Origin: the human T2T-CHM13v2.0 reference genome, Homo sapiens
DNA length: 64,000 nucleotides
Strand: one strand, 5' to 3'
Assembly: GCF_009914755.1 (NCBI RefSeq)
Contig: NC_060936.1
Below are positions 56,434-64,000 of this stretch, piece after piece. Every line of letters starts with the position of its first letter. Positions within the stretch are counted from its first letter, which is position 1. The position numbers and the translations under genes are program-made. A model generated the notes under the pieces. That model saw only the letters and a list, made by a program, of their open reading frames with translations, was not told where the DNA came from and did not search any database.

Positions 56434-57451
56434 CTCTTAAGCACTTCTTCTTGAGATTTACCATTGCTTTTAAAGGTAGAAAATCTTTTCTGTTCCAGAA
56501 ATACATACAAGATAATATGTTTATTTGAGCATCTTCCTTCTTCCTTCATCCTCTTCTTCTTCTTCCTTAGCTGGACATTTTACATTTAACATGGTACAGA
56601 TGGAATTGCAGAATGGGGTTGTGAAGTGGGGCTCAAATTTAATTTTCTAGCAAACATTGCTTGAAATAAAAGTCTCACATGTGGAATAACTCTTTCTGTC
56701 ATTATTGATTTATATTATATGTTCAGTCTGGCTCATTAACCTTATGTAAGATCCAGCTGCTCAAACCCCTACTACAAAATTCTAGGTTCTGCCTCCTGCT
56801 CTCCATTCTGACACTGCTCCCTCTGGTCTGAGCACTTGGTTGAATCTACTGCTTCATGCTTAAATTTCCTTCTGTCCCTACAACAAGCACTTTGGTTTAC
56901 CTTTAGTTACATCTTGAGCGTCTGACTTCACTTGGCTTCTATTGGCCAATCCGCCCCACATCACATGTGGTGGTGCCCAAATCTGGTGCCCTAGGAAAGG
57001 GATCGGATAACTACCATGTTTATTACTACTTTGGCAACTTTTGACAGATGCTGAATTTTACTTCTGTTTTCCTCCAGGCTATGAACCCTTCAAACTCACA
57101 GCTATATTTGATAGCTAATTTAAGTTAATTTATTTAATCTAAGTTTGCAAAGGTCCTGAAAGCCGAAGCAATGATCTGCTCACCTCTCTAAATTCTAGCT
57201 CTTAAATAATGTCTTATTATGTCATGTTAGATTTTTCAATGCTTTTATGAAAGCATTTTGTATTTTATCTCGTAATTTTAGTTGTTTTCAGCCTTACCTT
57301 ACCAGATATAGACTTGCTCTGCATTACGTCTTTCCAATCAAATACACGTTTTGATTCCCTATTTAAATTATGTTTCTTCATTACAGAATTATCCTAGGTA
57401 CATAGTACAGTGCTTAACCCACAGTAGACACTCAAATAATATTTGATAATA

Positions 57452-57790
57452 CAGACATGTGCCACATTAACAACGTTTCGGTCACCAATGGACAACCTAT
57501 ATGAAAGTGGTCCCATAAGATTATAATAACACATTTTTACTGTACCTTTTCTATTTTTAGATATACAAATACTCACTGTTGTGTTACAGTTGCCCACTAT
57601 ATTCAGCGCAGTAACATGCTGTGCAGGTCTGTAGCCTAGGAGAAATAAGCTATACCATATAGCCTAGGTGTGTAGCAGACTATACCATCTAGGTTTGTAA
57701 AAGAACACTCTATGATATTCATATAACAATAAAATTGCCTAACAAGGCATCTCTCAGAATGTATCCCCATCATTAAATGATGCATGCCTG
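57452..57790 (+). mobile_element. Tigger3a/MER7A MITE
   Basis: TA|CAGACATGTG ... TGCATGCCTG|TA; GGTCCCATAAGATTATAAT. Confidence 0.9.
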
Positions 57791-59629
57791 TAATTATAGA
57801 GATAGCAATGATAATGTCAGCCAATCAGAAAGCTTCGGATTGCAAAAGTAACTCCAAAAACTCTAAAACATTGACTCTTAAATATGAGATTTCTTACCAT
57901 AAAATACTTTGAAATAATTATAATTGGAACACGTTTGTAACGAGAGAGAATCTAGATTCTGTCTAGAACATGCCTCTGTTTATTTGATTACAAAATATTC
58001 ATAAGGCACATGAGGAAGAAGTATGTATAAACACGAAAGTCAGGGAGAGGGAGGAGACACCATCATTGGTATGATTTTTCTGGTCTCCAGCAAAAGCTTG
58101 GGAACAAATTTGTTCTGCATCCTTGATTTTAGTAACTGTATGGAGAACTCCCTGATGTTTCAAGTGTTTGTAAAACCATGTCATCATTTGGATTTACCAC
58201 ATTTCTGTGTCCTCTGCTAAACCACAAGTCCATAAGGAGAGGGAGAGTTGATTTGTTCATGACTGTATTCCTAGTACCAAGTGCACTGTTTAGTACATAA
58301 TAGGTACCAAATAAATTTTTATTAAATGAATGAGAGGATGCAATATGTTCAGAGGCATAAGACATGGCTCTGTCTTGCAGAATTTAAAATTTTCATACAT
58401 TTTGTCATTTGTTGCTGGCAAGAACCAGCAGAGAGACAGCTTTGACACCATAATTTGCGAAGACCACTATCTTTTTTTTTTTAATGAAGGAATTGAGACC
58501 CATAGAATATATGAAACTTACCCAGAGTCACATTGTTTTTTAGTGGTAAAGCCAATATTTCTCTGAATTCAATGTCTAATATTCTTCCTTTATGCTACAA
58601 TGCCTCCCTATGAGTGAAACACAAGTGACAAAACAAAACAAAACAGAAAATTACATTTAAAATATCCAGGATGACTATAAATGATTTAGAAATTCAAAGA
58701 ATAAAAACAGTGAAAATTAAATACAATAGGCTCATGGAGGAGTTAGAGTTTAGGTTAACTCCTCAAGACTGTAAGTAAAGAGTAGAAGAGAGGTTACCTC
58801 AGGGAAAAGAATTTCAGAACCCTCATCAGGATTTTTTAAAGTCAATTTATGTTCTTGCTTTTTTTCTAATGGTAATGGTTGATTAGCACTATAAATATTG
58901 TGGAGGTAAGAAATGGTTCTCTCACAAGCCACATAACATAGCATGGGTATTATAGTGGCATGTGAGCCATGAGATTGGTACAAGTCTTCACTTTTGCCTC
59001 AAAAGACTATATCGAAAAATAATTAAATGGGAAATGTTCAGGATATTCACACAATACTTTACTAATCTAAATGATAATACTCAGCATCTGAGTCCGTGTT
59101 ATGCCTAATGATGACTGCAGAGAAAAGCATGAAGAGCCAGTAACAAGTTCTGATTCCTGCAAAAAGCTAGCATGGAAATTTCACCACTTGATGAGAAGAG
59201 GGATTGTTCAGTGCAAAATTGGCAATGACCTCTATGATGATTTCAAATGACTGGGCTCTGTAGATTCAGATAAAATGTCGACAAGATATCCTATTAGTTA
59301 AGCATTTCTTTTTTTTTTTCTCAAAGCAATGCTTACTGGCATTATGCTGATTTAAGAAACCCCATTCTGACTGTTAATGAAAACTTAATGGAGCTGACAT
59401 AAGTAAGATGATCTTAAGCTCTCCTCACTCTCTAAATTGCCTTTTTTGTTGCCTTCTGGAAAATTGCTGGGTCATTGAACACTGATGTCATGCCACAGTA
59501 TGAAAGGAAAACTGGTGAACAACACTGGGAAGGTGAATTATACTCAGAATACAGCCAGGCAGGTCCTAGGGTCATATAAAAAAATGAAGAAGTAGGAGCT
59601 AAGGTATCAGAGAGAGGGTCAAGAAATCA

Positions 59630-59850
59630 GTAATTTAGAAGTAATCCAGGCAGACCTGATTTTGCTTCCCAACTCTACCTGTTAATAGCTTTGTTAACTT
59701 GGGGGAGTTACTTAAGTTTTCTCAGCTTCAGTTTCTTTATCACTAAGACAGATTATATAAAAATAGTATCTACTGCAAATGCTTATGTGAAGACTAAAAG
59801 AGAAAAATCAGGCAAAATATTTAGCATTGTGCTTGACACAAAGCTTTCTA
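59630..59850 (+). mobile_element. MIR
   Basis: AGTTACTTAAGTTTTCTCAGCTTCAGTTTC. Confidence 0.7.
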
Positions 59851-60094
59851 CTATCATCATCATTTTCTTGACATTAACAGGAACAAGATAGAGGTACAGC
59901 AATTAAGATATTTGAAAGAAAAAAAGAAAAATAATAAAGTGTAGCAGCTCAAGACAGACAAGAGTCAGAAATCCAACACAGCAGCAGGTCCTACAGCCAC
60001 AAGTCATTGAAAGAGAATTTAGGGATCATCTAGTCAAATATCTCTGTTTTACAGATGAGCAACTCCATGCTAAGAGATGTCTCAATGACAAAAC

Positions 60095-60715
60095 TAGTTT
60101 TGAAAACATTTTGGCTTTTTTTTTTTATAAAGTTAAACATGGACTTAGCATGTTTACATGGGCAACCTAGTCATTCCCTTCTTAAGTATTCACCCAAGAG
60201 AAATAAAAACTTACATCCACACAAAGAATTGCATACAATGTTCACAGCTGCTTTGTTTGTAACAGCCTAAACTGAAAATAATTGAATGTCCATCAACAGG
60301 AGAATGGATAACTAAATTTCATATAATTGAATATATTCAGCAATAAAAAAGAATGAAGAGTGGTGCACACAACATGGATGTATCTTAAAAGCATTATGCT
60401 CAGCAGAAGAAACAGTATAAAGAGTACATACTGTCTGATTCTGCTTAAATGAAGTTCTAAAGAATGCAAGCTATAGAGATTCAAAGCATAACAGTAGTTG
60501 CCTGGGTCCCGAGGGGATGAGGTGGCAAGAGTTTGTGAAGGGGCGCGAGAGAACTTTTGGGGATGATGGAAAGATTTTATATCTTTTATGAAATGTTTTA
60601 CGTCTTAGTTGTGCTGGTGGTTACACAGCATATAGATTTGTCAAAAGTCTTTAAAATTGTACAGTTCAGTTGGGTATATTTTATTGTATGTAAATTACAC
60701 CACAATGAAATCATT
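60095..60715 (+). mobile_element. L1ME/MC 3' end
   Basis: CCCAAGAGAAATAAAAACTTACATCCACAC, ATTGTATGTAAATTACAC. Confidence 0.85.
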
Positions 60716-60929
60716 TTTTCTTGATCAGGTTGATCATATTCAAATAAGTTTATTTTAAAGACAGAACTACTTGATGCCTTATCCTTTCCTAGGGCAGAAC
60801 TAGGATTCAAAGCCAGATCTTTGTTAACTAGTTAGTTAGTTAGCTAAATTCACAATTAGCTAGTGCTCACTAAGCTGAGCTTTGCTGAGTAATTAGTAAA
60901 ACATTCTGGTCTTCTTGCTCTTATTCTGA

Positions 60930-61180
60930 GAGGTAGCCTGGTGAAGTGGAATAAATCTTGGCTTTGGAGTCACAAGGATGTGTCTTGGTGACATGGCTTC
61001 CCCTCTTACCAGCCGTGTGGCTTTGGCCACTTTGTTTAGACCTATCTGATCTACCTTTCGCTCGTCTCTCAGTTTGGCATAAAACTCCTATTTATAAGGT
61101 TTCTATAAAGATAAAATGATACAATATAAAAAGTAACCAGAAAATGGTAGGCTAAGCACTTGATAAATTGTAGCTATAAA
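60930..61180 (+). mobile_element. MIR
   Basis: GGCTTTGGAGTCA ... CTTACCAGCCGTGTGGCTTTGG. Confidence 0.7.
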
Positions 61181-61274
61181 TACTATTAATTTCTTTGGCC
61201 ACAGACCCAGAGCTGTGTCATAGATAAACCTTGACTTGTGAGCTGGTGAAACAATCCCTCCAGGCTGCATTTAA

Positions 61275-61700
61275 CCATTAGTGCAACAAATATTACTCAG
61301 TATCTATGATGGGCCAGGCAGTGTTTTAGACTCTTGGACTTTGGTAGAGAACAAAAGAGCTGCATTCTAGTAGGAGGAGACTGAAATGGATAAGCCAATA
61401 CATGCATAATATGGCAGGTGACGAACTACACCAAGAAGAAACATTAACAGAGTAAGAGGAAAAGAGAATGATTAGGGATTATAGGAAGTTGCCGTTTGAC
61501 AAAAGCTGCTTAGAAGCAGCTGATCTACTACCGTGATATTCGAACAGAAACCTAAAGAAAAGAGAGAACTGAAAAAAAACAGAGAAGGGGCTAAGCAGAG
61601 AAATAGTTGGTTGGAAAATATTCCAGGTAGGGGGAAGAGCAGTGAAAAGGCCCTGTTGCAGAAGTCTGCTTGTCACATTTTGGGATATGCAGGAAGCCTG
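61275..61700 (-). mobile_element. L2 3' fragment
   Basis: CAACAAATATTACTCAGTATCTATGATGGGCCAGGCA; ATTCCAGGTAGGGGGAAGAGC. Confidence 0.7.
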
Positions 61701-62820
61701 GGGAGCTATGTGCATGGTTTTCAAGATTTAGAACAGTGCCAGTCATTTGCACAGGGTATGATGACATACATAATTTACCAACTGTTCACAGTGTTGAATT
61801 CCACCTCTCCTGTATTTGCAACTGAATTTTCCACTCAGAAGCAAATCTTCCTACAAAATTCCTATTGCTATTGTCTTGCATAGCTAATGGCTTTGGTACC
61901 AGGAGAAAGTAGTTACCTTTCTTTGTACACTTTGTAAATAGTAAGCATTTATTAAAATACAATTAAAATAAGTAGATAGTAGTCCAAATAAGCTTCCTCT
62001 TTGCTTTACAGAGATGTAAATCTGCACACTCAGTGTGATGGGAAGCAGCTGAACTCTAAGATGCCATTTGTCATTGACATGGGAAATAATGTTTTCCATT
62101 CTCATTATGGACCCAGGAGCAGGAAAGAAGCTGAATGTGGGGATGGAAAATGTAAGTGCTCAAACCCACCACTTCTCATTCTAATTTTCTCCTGTTCCTT
62201 CAGGATGAAAAGCACAAAATCAAAAAGCACTAAATCACAGAAATAGTCCATACATTATTTTAGCCACTATATGCTAATCTAGGTCCACAAAATAGGGTGC
62301 ACTGAAACTAGGAAAGGAGAAGGCTAACCTGTCCAAGCGAAGGTCAGCCGTGAACACTTACTGCCTTTAACAAGTGACTGTGTGCTTTCAACACAGTCTA
62401 GATGGCAGCCAATGGCTTCTCTCACCACAGCTTGTCCTAGTCATCTGAGTTTTACTTCTGGGAGAAATCTACAGAGGAAGACAAAAAGTAGAGATACTTC
62501 CTTATCTCTGGTACCAGCACAATTCGCTTGAACTTTTCAATACTCTGGCCACATACTGAGGCACAGTAGAGTTCAACCCTAAGAAGCCCCAGGGGTCATT
62601 CCTGGGGAGCACTAGTCTAAAGCCAGTCATATAATGGCTCAATGTGGTTAAGAAGTGCAAGCAGGGTGTTAACTGGCACACCATAAAAATCATGAGAAAC
62701 AAATGTGATGTCAGTGATAAATAAGGGTAGAACTAGGATCTATCTGCAAAATAATGAAGATGTGCTTGGCAAAGGAAGAAGGCAGTCTCCTTGGTTCTCA
62801 GGGAAAGGATATTTTGGTGA

Positions 62821-63550
<730 letters not shown>

Positions 63551-64000
63551 TTCTGTCCCTGGCCCCTCCAAAATCTCATGTTCTTCTCACATTGCAAAAT
63601 ACAATCATGCCTTCCCAGTAATCCCCCAAAGTCTGAACTCATTTCAGCATTAACTCACAAGCCCAAAGTCCAAAATCCAAAGTCTCATCTGAAACAAGGC
63701 TAGTTCCTTCCACCTATGAGCCTGTAAATATAGAAAAACAAGTTAGTTACTTCCAAGATACAATGGGGGCACAGGCATTGGGTAAATATTCCCATTCCAA
63801 AAGAGACGAATCATCCAAAAGAAAGTAGCTACAGGCACCATGCAAGTCTGAAACCCAGTAGGGGAGTCATTAAATCTCAAAGCTCAAAAATAGTCTCCTT
63901 TGACTCCATGTCTCACGTCCACAGCACTCTGAGGCAAGGCCTTGGGCAGCTCCACCCTGGTGGCTTTGTAGGGGTCCTTTCCCATGGCTGCTCTCATAGG
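63551..64000 (-). mobile_element. MST internal region, continuing beyond the window
   Basis: Polypurine-tract complement TTCTGTCCCTGGCCCC abuts the LTR; MaLR-int sequence follows. Confidence 0.88.

Noticed and set aside
59107-59154. ATGATGA...CTGA
   Set aside because: Too short for a C/D snoRNA and no convincing stem

Overview
Primate (human-like) AT-rich non-coding DNA, intergenic or deep intronic; the locus cannot be named from sequence alone. No protein-coding gene is recognisable, and the ORF track is explained by Alu, L1, LTR12 and Tigger1 remnants or by chance. Roughly half or more of the window is transposon-derived: ten Alus, L1 3' fragments, L2, MIR, CR1, MaLR and ERVL LTRs, an ERVL pol remnant, a solo LTR12C with 4-bp TSD, a full-length dead Tigger1, Tigger3a and Tigger4b. 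I see no novel multi-gene system. The most interesting signals are insertion and repair fossils: a tailless 5S rRNA retrocopy whose TSD was re-targeted by an AluY; a circularly permuted L1 containing a locally copied patch; a 92-bp inverted local copy of the Tigger1 start-codon region flanked by direct repeats; a near-perfect AT-rich inverted repeat; and an ancient twin-primed L1. Subfamily calls rely on recalled consensus sequences, and boundaries of old elements are approximate.
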